Part shown: one piece after another, positions 53,630-62,867 of the stretch | Layout: every line of letters starts with the position of its first letter | Numbering within the stretch: the stretch's first letter is position 1 | Virus record (IMG/VR): IMGVR_UViG_3300048014_000353 | Span: 32,001 to 96,000 of that record | Length of the DNA stretch: 64,000 bases | Source of the DNA: a virus | Direction: 5' to 3' (one strand) | Notes under the pieces: generated by a model | The model's database searches: none | The model's input: only the letters and a program-made list of their open reading frames with translations | Told to the model about the DNA's origin: nothing | Translations under genes and position numbers: made by a program

Positions 53630-53895
53630 TGCACGAGGAAGCCTCCATCTCCCCGGCCGAGCTCCTGCGCGAGATGCGCGCCTGGTTCCCGCGAATCGAG
53701 CGCGGCGCGGCGGTCGACTTGGTGCTGAAGCACGACGAGCTCGGCTTCACGCTCTCGGCCGCGCGCGCCGACAACGGCCGCCCCGTGCACGCGAAGACCT
53801 TCACCCCCGCGTCGATCGCGGCGTTCCCCCGCCGCCCCTGCGACCACGCACGCGACTTCCTGCGCGAGTGCCTCGTCCGCCGGGGGGCCGCATGA
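53626..53895 (+). CDS. Hypothetical protein
   Basis: ATGA-coupled; GC3-rich. Confidence 0.55.
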   Translation: MMHEEASISPAELLREMRAWFPRIERGAAVDLVLKHDELGFTLSAARADNGRPVHAKTFTPASIAAFPRRPCDHARDFLRECLVRRGAA

Positions 53896-54150
53896 CGTCC
53901 ATCGATCGGGACCTCGCGCGCTGGACCATGGCGACCATCGCCTTCGGCACCGCGTTCTTCGCGTCGGCCGCGTGGCTCTGGCTCACGCAGTAGCGCGCCC
54001 GCCCGCCGGTCTTTAGGCCGCGCGCCCGCCCGCGCCTTTCTCGCCGCCGTCTCGCCGCGGGCGAGAGGCGCGCCTTTCCACTCACGACCTCAGGAGCAGC
54101 TGCCCGCCGCGCGAACGCGCGCGCGCGTTGGCCGCGGAGACACGACGCCC

Positions 54151-54861
54151 ATGCCGAAGCTTCCCACGCTCGCCGTGTATGCCAACCCGTGGCACGGCCC
54201 GCTCGATCACAACCACCGTGCGTGCTCGGCCGTCCCCTGGGACCCGAGCGACAACCCGCAGCGCGTGCACGTGGGCGCCGCTCACCGCATGGTCGGCTCC
54301 GGCGAGCAGGCAGAGATCTACTTCGAGTACTCCCAGTACGAGGGGACCGACGGCGTCGCGCTGACGCTCCGCAAGGGTCACGAGGGCATCACCCTCCCGG
54401 CGACCCGCTACTTCCTCGAAGCCATCCGCAACGGCTCGCTCTGGCCGGCGGACGAGAAGACCCACAAGCTCGCCTTCGGCAACCTCGCGCACTACCGCCC
54501 CGTCGCGGACCGCGCGAAGGAAGCGCCGGGCCACGCGCTCGCCGGTCATAAGTACCGCACGGGCGAGGACGCCGAGCCCTCGCCGCGCCCCGCCGTGGGT
54601 GAAGGGGGCCTCGGTCCGCAGCACGCGCACCGCCTCCTCTCCAGCGTGAACACCGTGCACGCCGCGGCGCAGGAGGAGCTCCGCCTCGCCCTCGCCGAGA
54701 GCGCCAAGAAGCAGACCGACGAGGTCGAGAAGACGCGCCTCGTGCTCGCCGACGAGCGCGCGAAGCACGACGCGGCCGATGCCGCGCCGGCGCCGACGCG
54801 CATCGCGCTCACGGCCGACGCCCACCCCGATGACACCGCGCACGAAGGAGGTCACCAGTGA
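54151..54861 (+). CDS. Hypothetical protein preceding the sheath
   Basis: GGAG RBS; GTGA overlap with the sheath gene. Confidence 0.65.
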   Translation: MPKLPTLAVYANPWHGPLDHNHRACSAVPWDPSDNPQRVHVGAAHRMVGSGEQAEIYFEYSQYEGTDGVALTLRKGHEGITLPATRYFLEAIRNGSLWPADEKTHKLAFGNLAHYRPVADRAKEAPGHALAGHKYRTGEDAEPSPRPAVGEGGLGPQHAHRLLSSVNTVHAAAQEELRLALAESAKKQTDEVEKTRLVLADERAKHDAADAAPAPTRIALTADAHPDDTAHEGGHQ

Positions 54862-56558
54862 GCCCCCAATTCGTCATCGCTGGCTTCCCCAGCACCGACT
54901 TCACCCCTGGCGCGTACGGCAAGGTCTCCTACGGGGGCGGCGCCACCAGCGCGGCCAGCATCCCGCTGAAGCTCCTGGTCGTCGGCATGAAGGCCTCGAA
55001 CACGAGCGGCACCTCCGTGCAGGACTCGGAAGTCGACCAGGTCTTCACCGTCTCGCAGGCCGACACCCTCTACGGCATGGGCGGGCAGATCACCCGCGCC
55101 TGCCAGGCCGCGCTCCAGACCCAGGGCGTCAGCGTCTACGGCGCCCCGTGCGCCGTCCCCGCGAGCCCGACCCAGGCCTCGATCCAGTTCTCCATCGTTG
55201 CCGCGCAGACCATCGCCGGCACGCTGACCGTGCGCCTTGGCGGCCTGTCGGTGCAGTGCGGCGTCGGCTCATCGGACACGGCGACCACCATCGCGACGAA
55301 CCTCGCGGCCGCCATCAACTCGGTCCTCCGAATGCCGTTCACGGCCACGTCGTCGGCCGGCATCGTCACCGCGACCTGCATCACGCCCGGCGCCGACGGC
55401 AACGCCTACTTGGGCGCGGTGGACGTCACGCAGTGCGCGGGCGTCACCTGCTCGATGACCGGCACGGTCCGCGCGAACACGACCGCGTACCTCCTCAACG
55501 CGCTCGTCTCGCCGGCCACGGCCAACGGGTACTACTACCAGGTCACGACCGCAGGCACGACCGGCGCAACCGTCCCCACGTTCCCGACGACGATCGGCAC
55601 GACGGTCAGCGACGGGTCTGCCGTCCTCACGTGCGTCGGCAAGGTCCTCACCGGAGGCATCGTGACGGCGTTCGGCGGCGCGGGCGTCGAGAGCGTCGCG
55701 AACGTCCTGGCCGTCATCCAGAACCAGCAGTTCGACCGCATCGCGCTCTGCCAGAACGACGCGACGAACCTGGGGCTCTGGCACACGCAGGTCGATGCGC
55801 AGGCCGGCCCGCTCTCCATCATCCTGCAGCACGTCGTGTGCGCGACCAACGGCACGCTGGCGACGGCGACCTCCCTCGCGCAGACCACGCTCAACGACCA
55901 GCGCTTTCAGGTCATGTGGTACCTGAACGGTGAGACGCACTACTCCGAGATGGCGGCGACCTTTGCCGCGATCCGGACGTCGTACGAGCAGACCGATCCG
56001 GACCACGCGTACGACAACATGGTCCTGCCGGGCGTCGCCCCGCAGTCCCAGCGTCCCGACTGGCCCATCCACGCGACGCTCGTGTCGGCGCTCAACAACG
56101 GCGTCACCCCCATCGGCACGACCCCGTCGAGCCAGGCGTACGTCGTCCGCAGCATCACGAGCCACTCGCTCAACGGCACGACGCCCGACTACTCGTGCCT
56201 CGACACGTCCGAGTCCGTGGTCGCCGACTACTGCCTGGTCTCGCTGCTCCTCTACTGGACCAACGTGTTCCTGCCGAGCAACCCGCGCTGCGGCCCGGAC
56301 CTTCCGGCCAACCAGCCGGCGTACCCGTCGGGGGTCGGCTACCCGACGCTCTGGAGCAAGGTCGCGACGGCCGTGCTCATCGACTTCGAGAACGGCAGCG
56401 TGGGTGGCGCGACCATCCCGCCCATTCTCTACAACGTCGAGGCGAACCCGGTCGTGTCCTCCTGGGACCCGGTGGCTCAGCGCATCATGAGCGCGGTCAC
56501 CGTGCATCCGATGCCGAATCAGCATCAAATCGGAGTATCGGTGAGCCAAAGCCCTTGA
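54858..56558 (+). CDS. Contractile tail sheath (Mu gpL-like) with inserted CBM-like module
   Basis: TPGAYG...LLVVGMK...ADTLYGMGG, TCITPGADGN, NNGVTPI...VVRSITS, HQIGV C-terminus. Confidence 0.9.
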   Translation: MSPQFVIAGFPSTDFTPGAYGKVSYGGGATSAASIPLKLLVVGMKASNTSGTSVQDSEVDQVFTVSQADTLYGMGGQITRACQAALQTQGVSVYGAPCAVPASPTQASIQFSIVAAQTIAGTLTVRLGGLSVQCGVGSSDTATTIATNLAAAINSVLRMPFTATSSAGIVTATCITPGADGNAYLGAVDVTQCAGVTCSMTGTVRANTTAYLLNALVSPATANGYYYQVTTAGTTGATVPTFPTTIGTTVSDGSAVLTCVGKVLTGGIVTAFGGAGVESVANVLAVIQNQQFDRIALCQNDATNLGLWHTQVDAQAGPLSIILQHVVCATNGTLATATSLAQTTLNDQRFQVMWYLNGETHYSEMAATFAAIRTSYEQTDPDHAYDNMVLPGVAPQSQRPDWPIHATLVSALNNGVTPIGTTPSSQAYVVRSITSHSLNGTTPDYSCLDTSESVVADYCLVSLLLYWTNVFLPSNPRCGPDLPANQPAYPSGVGYPTLWSKVATAVLIDFENGSVGGATIPPILYNVEANPVVSSWDPVAQRIMSAVTVHPMPNQHQIGVSVSQSP

Positions 56559-56724
56559 GTTACGAGTAGTTAGCGCCGCCTCGGCGGCGCTCCTCGCTTT
56601 CCCAATCGCGCGGTCCTGAGCCCCTTGCGTCGCCGTCTACGGCGCGAGGGCGCTCGGGGGTGCGCGCCCACGTCTCCGTCTCTCAGCCCGCGCAGCTCTC
56701 GCGCGTCGGCTTCCGCGAGGAACC

Positions 56725-57099
56725 ATGGCGAACATCAAGGTCAAAGCCGCATCGATCTTCATCAACAGCAAGAAGGCCGGCACGCTCGAGGGAACGGACT
56801 ACGAGTACAACTCGGGCGACGAGCCGGTGTTCGGCGACCCGGGCTACGTGACGTCGTCCGACGGCGCCATCACGACGCGCGTGACCGCGACCGGCTTCAA
56901 CCCCGTCCCCGGAAGCGGACTTCTGCTCTTCCAGGCGATGAACAACAAGCAGGACGTGGACGTGTCGCTCTTCCCCATCGACGGGGGTGTGCACACGATC
57001 ACCATGCGGCCGCTGACGGGCAAGGCGCAGTCGAGTCACAAGACCGGCATGCAGTCGAGCAATTACACGTTCATCGGGGGCCAGCCGAAAATTTCTTAG
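56725..57099 (+). CDS. Tail tube protein, paralog 1
   Basis: Follows the sheath; 124 aa beta-rich; 69/124 identical (ungapped) to 57983-58408. Confidence 0.8.
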   Translation: MANIKVKAASIFINSKKAGTLEGTDYEYNSGDEPVFGDPGYVTSSDGAITTRVTATGFNPVPGSGLLLFQAMNNKQDVDVSLFPIDGGVHTITMRPLTGKAQSSHKTGMQSSNYTFIGGQPKIS

Positions 57100-57926
57100 T
57101 GACTCGAAAGCTTGGCGCCACGGTATCGGCTGCCACCGGGTGGAAGTATCGGCGTTGTGATCGCTTCTTCCGGCGTCATTCCGCGAAAAAGGCGGTTGCG
57201 GAGCACGTTGGTCGTGGTACCAAGATGCTTCGCCCATTCGGCGAGAGTCATCAACTCGCCGTTGACGTCGATCTTGCCGAGCTTCCGTCTCACCGGAATC
57301 GTCACGGCATCTTCCTCTGACCAGCCGGTTCGCAGACGTGCCGACACGGTGATGCGGTCTGTAACGAGTTCATCCGCCCATCCGGCGAGATGTCTCCGCT
57401 CACTGTTGACCGTAACGAATCGGTTGTTCGAGCGATTGCGACCCTGCTGCTTCGGGCTGGCCCAGCAGCAATTCGTTTGAAGGATGCCGCGCGATACGCA
57501 GTCGTCGCAGTGGCCGCACGCGTAATTGCCGTCATTGTCGATTCGCTCCAGCCAGAGTCCTGGATGCGGCTTGATGCCGATATCGAAAGCGAAGTTCTCA
57601 TAGCCCCACGGCCGTTGCCATCTTGCGCAGACGGAGATGCCTCGAGCCCCATACCGTTTGTAGAACGGATGCTCCGGCCGGAAGCAGCGGTCGAGCATTG
57701 CTTCCCACGCTTTGTGGGTCGCCCTCCGAAGCGGGTCGAGCTTCTCCACTCCGCGGTCTGGCAAAGGAGTCGTGTCGCACCAGTAGCAGGCGACCGGAAT
57801 CGGTGCGCCACCAGGCGTGCAGAAGACCAGAAGCTCGCGGCCACAATCGCAGCGTGCCAGCCGTGTGTTGCGAATCGAGGAACCGGTCAGGATTTGGAGC
57901 ATGGGGCCGACGGGCGTAAAGGCCAT
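57096..57926 (-). CDS. Free-standing HNH (homing-type) endonuclease with C-terminal HTH repeats
   Basis: RCDCG, WEAMLDRC...YKRYGARGISVCARW...LERIDNDGNY...NCCWASPKQQGRNRSNN; antisense to the tail operon. Confidence 0.9.
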   Translation of the reverse strand: MAFTPVGPMLQILTGSSIRNTRLARCDCGRELLVFCTPGGAPIPVACYWCDTTPLPDRGVEKLDPLRRATHKAWEAMLDRCFRPEHPFYKRYGARGISVCARWQRPWGYENFAFDIGIKPHPGLWLERIDNDGNYACGHCDDCVSRGILQTNCCWASPKQQGRNRSNNRFVTVNSERRHLAGWADELVTDRITVSARLRTGWSEEDAVTIPVRRKLGKIDVNGELMTLAEWAKHLGTTTNVLRNRLFRGMTPEEAITTPILPPGGSRYRGAKLSSH

Positions 57927-57982
57927 CGGTCCACTCTGGCAGAGCGGTCGAGTACCGCAATCGGTAAACGGAAGGAGCGGCC

Positions 57983-58408
57983 ATGGCGAACGTCAAGGTC
58001 AAGGCCGCCTCCATCTTCCTGAACGGGAAGAAGGTCGGCAACCTGCAAGGCACCGAGTACGTCGTCGAGAGCGGCGACGAGCCCGTCCTCGACTGGTCCG
58101 GCTGGGCCGGCACCACCGACGGCGTCACGACCACGCGCGTGACCGCCTCGGGGTTCAACCCCGTGCCCGGCGGCGACGTGGACATCTTCGCGCAGATCCT
58201 CGCGCACTCCGACATCGACGTCGCGATCTTCCCGATCGACGGCGGCATTCACGTCGTGACGATGCGCGCCCTCAACGGCACGGCGTCGTCCAATCACAAA
58301 TCCGGCTCCCAGGCCTCCAAGTACGTGCTGGTCGGCGGCGCTCCCAAAGTGCTCGGCCGCCGCAACTCGGCGGGCGCGAGCAACGGCATCTCCAGCAACG
58401 GCTCCTGA
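57983..58408 (+). CDS. Tail tube protein, paralog 2
   Basis: Homologous to 56725-57099, with a 17-aa C-terminal extension. Confidence 0.8.
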   Translation: MANVKVKAASIFLNGKKVGNLQGTEYVVESGDEPVLDWSGWAGTTDGVTTTRVTASGFNPVPGGDVDIFAQILAHSDIDVAIFPIDGGIHVVTMRALNGTASSNHKSGSQASKYVLVGGAPKVLGRRNSAGASNGISSNGS

Positions 58409-58435
58409 CGCTTCCCCTCCCGCGATAGGACACGG

Positions 58436-59107
58436 ATGAAGTTCGCCATCGCCCTTCAGGGCAAACGGGCGGAGCGCAAGCTCTCGTTCCCCGTGCCGTC
58501 GAACGACGGCACGATGAAGCCACTTGCGTGCGTGTGCGTCCCGCTCACGTCCACGGAGGAATCCGAAGCGCTCGAGTACGCGATGGCGTTCTCGCGGCGC
58601 AAGGGGGTCGAGGCGCCCAAGGTCACCGACCCGCTCTACGACCTCGGGTACATGGCGAAGATCGTGTCGATCGCCGTGCGGGATCCGGACGCCGGCGTCC
58701 CGGGCGAGCGGCCGCCGACCTTCTCGGACGTCGAGGAGGTCCACTCGCTCACGCGCGAGACGGTGACCTACCTCTACACCATCGTGTCCGCGTGGTGCGA
58801 CGAGTGCTCGCCGCTCCGCCGCACCCTTTCCGACAGCGCGATCTACGCAGGAATGCGTGCGCTGGCGAGCGAAGGGGATGACGGTGCGCGTTTTTTCGAT
58901 GGGTTGGGGCCCGCTTTGCAGCGCAACTTCATGCGTATTTTGGCGCGCCAGCTTCTCAGCTTTCTCGAGCCCAAATCGCCGCCTGGCACGCCGCCAGCGA
59001 GCTCGGACACGAAGAGCCCCGCTACGTCGTCGCCCTCACGGCCGCCCAATACAGCGCGTTCAAAGAGCGTGCGTCGGGTGACGCCGAAGGCGACGCGCAA
59101 AAGCTGA
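58436..59107 (+). CDS. Tail assembly chaperone (G form, zero frame)
   Basis: Lies between tube and tape measure; helical; contains the slippery heptamer. Confidence 0.75.
   Translation: MKFAIALQGKRAERKLSFPVPSNDGTMKPLACVCVPLTSTEESEALEYAMAFSRRKGVEAPKVTDPLYDLGYMAKIVSIAVRDPDAGVPGERPPTFSDVEEVHSLTRETVTYLYTIVSAWCDECSPLRRTLSDSAIYAGMRALASEGDDGARFFDGLGPALQRNFMRILARQLLSFLEPKSPPGTPPASSDTKSPATSSPSRPPNTARSKSVRRVTPKATRKS
58891..58897 (+). other. Programmed -1 ribosomal frameshift site giving a G-T product (58436-59172)
   Basis: In-frame T TTT TTC; the -1 frame stays open with GC3-rich codons to TGA 59170-72, overlapping the next ATG; hairpin GTTG...CGCT-TTGC-AGCG-CAAC 5 nt downstream. Confidence 0.8.
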
Positions 59108-59168
59108 AGGACGCGATCGCCGCCCGCGACGCTGACAACGAGATCCCTCTCGACCGAAGACCCAAACC

Positions 59169-59813
59169 ATGAGCGCATTCACCAAGGTCACCGTCCGCAA
59201 GCCGGCCCGGACCCTCGTGATCCCGGTGACGATGTTCGCCGACGATTGGTACGGCAGGCCCACAGCGTCGATCGCTGTGGGCCTTCGTCTTTTGTCCGAG
59301 CACGATCTGGAGGTCGCGACCGCCTGCGCCCACCGCTTCGTCGCGGACATGCAGGATCCGGAGCGGCCGGAGAACCGGCTCTACGAGGAGGTCTTCGGTG
59401 CGCGCCTCGCCGCCGAGGCGGTCGCCCGCGCCATCTGCGACCCGAACGACGTGTCGATGAGCCACTCGGTGTTCCCCGCGAGCGAGGACACCATCCCGAC
59501 CGCGCTCACGCCGAAAGGCATCGAGCACGTGTGGGCCGCCCTCGAGCGGATGCACATCGAGCTCAACCCCGCGCTCCTGCCCATCCGGGACCCGGGCGTG
59601 CGGCTGCTGCGCGCGCACCTGCGCGCCGGCTCGCTGGATCGATTGGGAGAGGCGGGACTCGGCATCCGCAAGCTCCTCACCGTCGTGCTCGAGAAGTTCG
59701 TCGAAGCGGCCCCCACGGTCACCGCGGCGGACGTGGACGACGAGGACGCGGAAGACAGCGGAGAGCCGCTCTCGACCTACGCCGTGACGCTGCATGCAGG
59801 AGTGGCTCAGTGA
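59169..59813 (+). CDS. Second tail-assembly-chaperone-like protein
   Basis: Same layout as 58436 (LS/LT..E..A..A..F...Y...V..A..DP...F...LT...W..E.S/NP). Confidence 0.6.
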   Translation: MSAFTKVTVRKPARTLVIPVTMFADDWYGRPTASIAVGLRLLSEHDLEVATACAHRFVADMQDPERPENRLYEEVFGARLAAEAVARAICDPNDVSMSHSVFPASEDTIPTALTPKGIEHVWAALERMHIELNPALLPIRDPGVRLLRAHLRAGSLDRLGEAGLGIRKLLTVVLEKFVEAAPTVTAADVDDEDAEDSGEPLSTYAVTLHAGVAQ

Positions 59814-60004
59814 GCGACGCGAACGACTACGAAGAGCGCTTCCCGTACGGCCTGTATTCGCGGCCGGCGGCGCACGTGGCGGACCGCGCGCCGTTGGATA
59901 GGGAGGCCTTCGACCTCTGGCGCCAGGTGGCCGAGAACGGAGGGCTCGTGCTCTACACGCTCGCTGACGGCGAGGTCGTCGTCTACGCGCAGGAGAGCCG
60001 ATGA
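59810..60004 (+). CDS. Small hypothetical protein
   Basis: GTGA/ATGA-coupled. Confidence 0.5.
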   Translation: MSDANDYEERFPYGLYSRPAAHVADRAPLDREAFDLWRQVAENGGLVLYTLADGEVVVYAQESR

Positions 60005-60125
60005 GCCGCGCACGCAAGGCGTGGCGCTGGCTGGCGCTCTGGGTGCTCGGCCCCGCGTGCCTTCGGCAGCGGGAGCGCTGGGCCCCGAGTCTGCACCGTA
60101 CGCTGTACGCGGGGCGTGACCGCGC

Positions 60126-60512
60126 GTGAGTACGACCGCTCGCATCTTGGTGGCGGGCGTCCCCTCCGGCGGCAAGACGACCTTCGCGCGGAAGCTCGCG
60201 GCGCTCTCCCACGTACCCGTGCGCGCGACCGACGACCTCATCGATCTGGGATGGTCGGAGGCCAGTGAGCGCGTCGCGCAGTGGATGACCGAGCCGGGGC
60301 CGTGGATCATCGAAGGCGTCGCCGTCGGGCGCGCGCTTCGCAAGTGGTTCAGTGCCCACCCGACCGGGCGCCCCGCCGACCGCGTGTTCTGGCTGGGGCG
60401 TCCCCACGAGAAGCTGACCGATGGCCAGTGCCGAATGGCACGCGGTTGCGAAACCGTTTTCAAGGAATGCACGCCGGAGCTCCTCGTGCGGGGGGTGCCG
60501 ATCCTCTACTAA
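60126..60512 (+). CDS. P-loop NMP-kinase-like protein
   Basis: ILVAGVPSGGKTTFARKLA, TDD, WIIEG. Confidence 0.75.
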   Translation: MSTTARILVAGVPSGGKTTFARKLAALSHVPVRATDDLIDLGWSEASERVAQWMTEPGPWIIEGVAVGRALRKWFSAHPTGRPADRVFWLGRPHEKLTDGQCRMARGCETVFKECTPELLVRGVPILY

Positions 60513-62852
60513 ATGGCCGCGACCGTTAGAATTCGGATCGTCGCGAACGTGGACGCCTCCTTGGCGAACGTGTTCACGCCCCTCACCACCGCGGCGAAGC
60601 GTGCGCGCGCCGCCGTGGGCGAAGAGATGGGCGCCGCTGCGGCGGCGGTCGGTCCGTACCGCACCGCCGCCCAAGGGGCTGCCGCGGCGACGACCGCGAT
60701 CGCGACGACGGCGAAGCACACACAGACGGCGCTCGGGTCGCTCGCCGATGGCGCGGGCGAGAAGTTCGCGCATCTCGCGCGCGGCATCAAGGAGCTCCCG
60801 GCTGACCTCCGCACCGTGGCCTCGGTCGCGCAGGCGGAGCTGGCGAAGATCGAGCGCGCGCAAGCACGCGCGGCGCTCGGACTCGGGCCGCAGCCGGGTG
60901 CGGCGTTCGCGCGATCGCTCGGCGGCGGCATCGGTCGCCAGATCGGCGGTCCGATCGGCAGCGCGCTCGGGCGCGAAGCCGGTAGCGCGCTCGGCGTCGG
61001 CGGCATGATCGCGGCGTTCCCGCTCGCGCGCCTCGCCATGGGCGCGGTGTCGGGCGCGGCGCGTCTCGGCGGGGACCTCATCCAGGGGCTCGGCGTGAAC
61101 ACGGACATCTCGTCGATGTTCGCGCAGCAGAAGAGCCTCGAGAGCCTCGCGACCAACGTGAGCGCGTTCGGTTACATGCCGAACGATCCACGCAACAGTA
61201 CGCGCGTCGACTCGCAGGAGCTGGTCCACGAAGCGCGCGCGATCGGCGTCAGGACCGGCATCGATCCCACCCAGGCGCTGGAAGGCCTCGAGAAGTTCGT
61301 CGGCAAGACCGGCGACCTCAAGACCGGCCGCGATGCGCTTGAGGACCTCGCGCGCCTCTCGAAGGCATCCGGCGCAAACCTCAACCAGATGGTCAGCGCG
61401 GCGGGCGACGTCTCGAACGTTCTCGGCGACATCCCAGACAAGGGGAAGGTCATCTACGACGTGATGAAGCAGGTCGCCGGCGAAGGCAAGACCGGCGCCG
61501 TGCTCATCAAAGACCTCGCCACGCAGATGGCGAAGGTCGCGTCGGCCGCGCAGATGTTCGAGGGCGATCGCTCAAAGAACATCGGCGTCCTCGGCGCCAT
61601 CGCGCAGGAGGCACGCGGACGCGGCGGCGCGGCGAGCGCCAACCAGGCCGCGACCGCCGTGCAGGGGTTCACGAACGTCTTCGGCAAGCACGCGCGCGTC
61701 GAGGCGTTCAAGGGCTTCGGCGTCGAGCTCCGCGGCAAGACCGGCCAGCTCCGGGAAGCCGACGACATCATCGTGGACACGCTCAACGCCGCCATGCGTG
61801 GCGGAACGAAAATGAGCGGAGGGAAACACTCTCACGCGGTGAAGATCGACGGCGGCGTCAAGGAGTACGCGAACAACTGGCGCCAGATGTTCGCCGACGT
61901 GAGTTCCCAGCGGGCCGTCGCCGGCTTCAGCGCCACGTACCTCGATGCCTACAACGCGTCGAAGGCCAACACGCAACAGGGGCGGATGGAGGAGGCGACT
62001 GCCGCGGTCCGCGCGGAGTTCGAGCGCCTCACCTCGTCCGCCATGAGCGAGAAGGAGGTCCAGGACTCCTTCGCGAAAGCGATGGCCACGAGCGAGAGCC
62101 AGGTCACGGTCTTCAACAACCAGATCTCCGACACCGCCGCGAACCTCGAAAAGGCACTCCTCCCGGCGCTCCTCGAACTCGCGCCCGACCTCGTTCTTCT
62201 GGCGCAGGGGGCGGCCGGCGCCGCCGCCGCGCTTCTCGGCGTCAGCCTTCCGAAGCCGAAGAGCGCCGAAGACCGCGAGCTCGATCGGGACAAGGGCGGC
62301 GTGCGCGCGGCCCAGGAGGCACTCGACAAGGTGCAAGCCGCCGACGACGCGCGTGCGGTCCCCGGTCAGGAGTTCGAGTACGGCAAGGGGCCGATCGCCC
62401 CGAACAAGCTGCTCGACCTTCCGCTCCCGGTGAAGCCGACGCCGTTTCCCGACGAGGTCGCGCGCCAGATCAAAGAGACCGAGGCGCGCGAGTTTGGAGA
62501 GCGGACCGAGGGCGAATCGAAGATCGCGGGCGCCCGACAGAAGCTCGCGGCGCTCGGCGTCCCGGTGGACAAGATCACCGACGACGACCTCCAGAACCTC
62601 ACCAAGTACGGCTCGTCGGGAATCACCGACGGGATGCACATCGACGCGACTCAAGTGCAGGAGGCCTCCAAGCAGATGCAGGAGGGCAAGGCCGAGGTCG
62701 CCGACGCGCAGAAGAACATCGACCTCGCCAAGGCGGTCGAGAGCGGCGTCGTCGCGGCCTTCAACCGCGGCCTCTTCGTGAAGACCGACGCTCCGCCGGT
62801 GACCGCACCGGACCCGAACGCCAGCAAGCGTATGCCGGCCGACTCCCAGTGA
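60513..62852 (+). CDS. Tape measure protein
   Basis: 779 aa Ala/Gly-rich helical ORF with core ALEGLEKFVGKTGDL...LARLSKASGANL...AATAV. Confidence 0.9.
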   Translation: MAATVRIRIVANVDASLANVFTPLTTAAKRARAAVGEEMGAAAAAVGPYRTAAQGAAAATTAIATTAKHTQTALGSLADGAGEKFAHLARGIKELPADLRTVASVAQAELAKIERAQARAALGLGPQPGAAFARSLGGGIGRQIGGPIGSALGREAGSALGVGGMIAAFPLARLAMGAVSGAARLGGDLIQGLGVNTDISSMFAQQKSLESLATNVSAFGYMPNDPRNSTRVDSQELVHEARAIGVRTGIDPTQALEGLEKFVGKTGDLKTGRDALEDLARLSKASGANLNQMVSAAGDVSNVLGDIPDKGKVIYDVMKQVAGEGKTGAVLIKDLATQMAKVASAAQMFEGDRSKNIGVLGAIAQEARGRGGAASANQAATAVQGFTNVFGKHARVEAFKGFGVELRGKTGQLREADDIIVDTLNAAMRGGTKMSGGKHSHAVKIDGGVKEYANNWRQMFADVSSQRAVAGFSATYLDAYNASKANTQQGRMEEATAAVRAEFERLTSSAMSEKEVQDSFAKAMATSESQVTVFNNQISDTAANLEKALLPALLELAPDLVLLAQGAAGAAAALLGVSLPKPKSAEDRELDRDKGGVRAAQEALDKVQAADDARAVPGQEFEYGKGPIAPNKLLDLPLPVKPTPFPDEVARQIKETEAREFGERTEGESKIAGARQKLAALGVPVDKITDDDLQNLTKYGSSGITDGMHIDATQVQEASKQMQEGKAEVADAQKNIDLAKAVESGVVAAFNRGLFVKTDAPPVTAPDPNASKRMPADSQ

Positions 62853-62867
62853 GGCTGACGTGATCCG

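Noticed and set aside
57096-57926. Group I intron interrupting a single tube gene
   Set aside because: The HNH gene is antisense, and both flanking ORFs are complete homologous genes rather than two exons.
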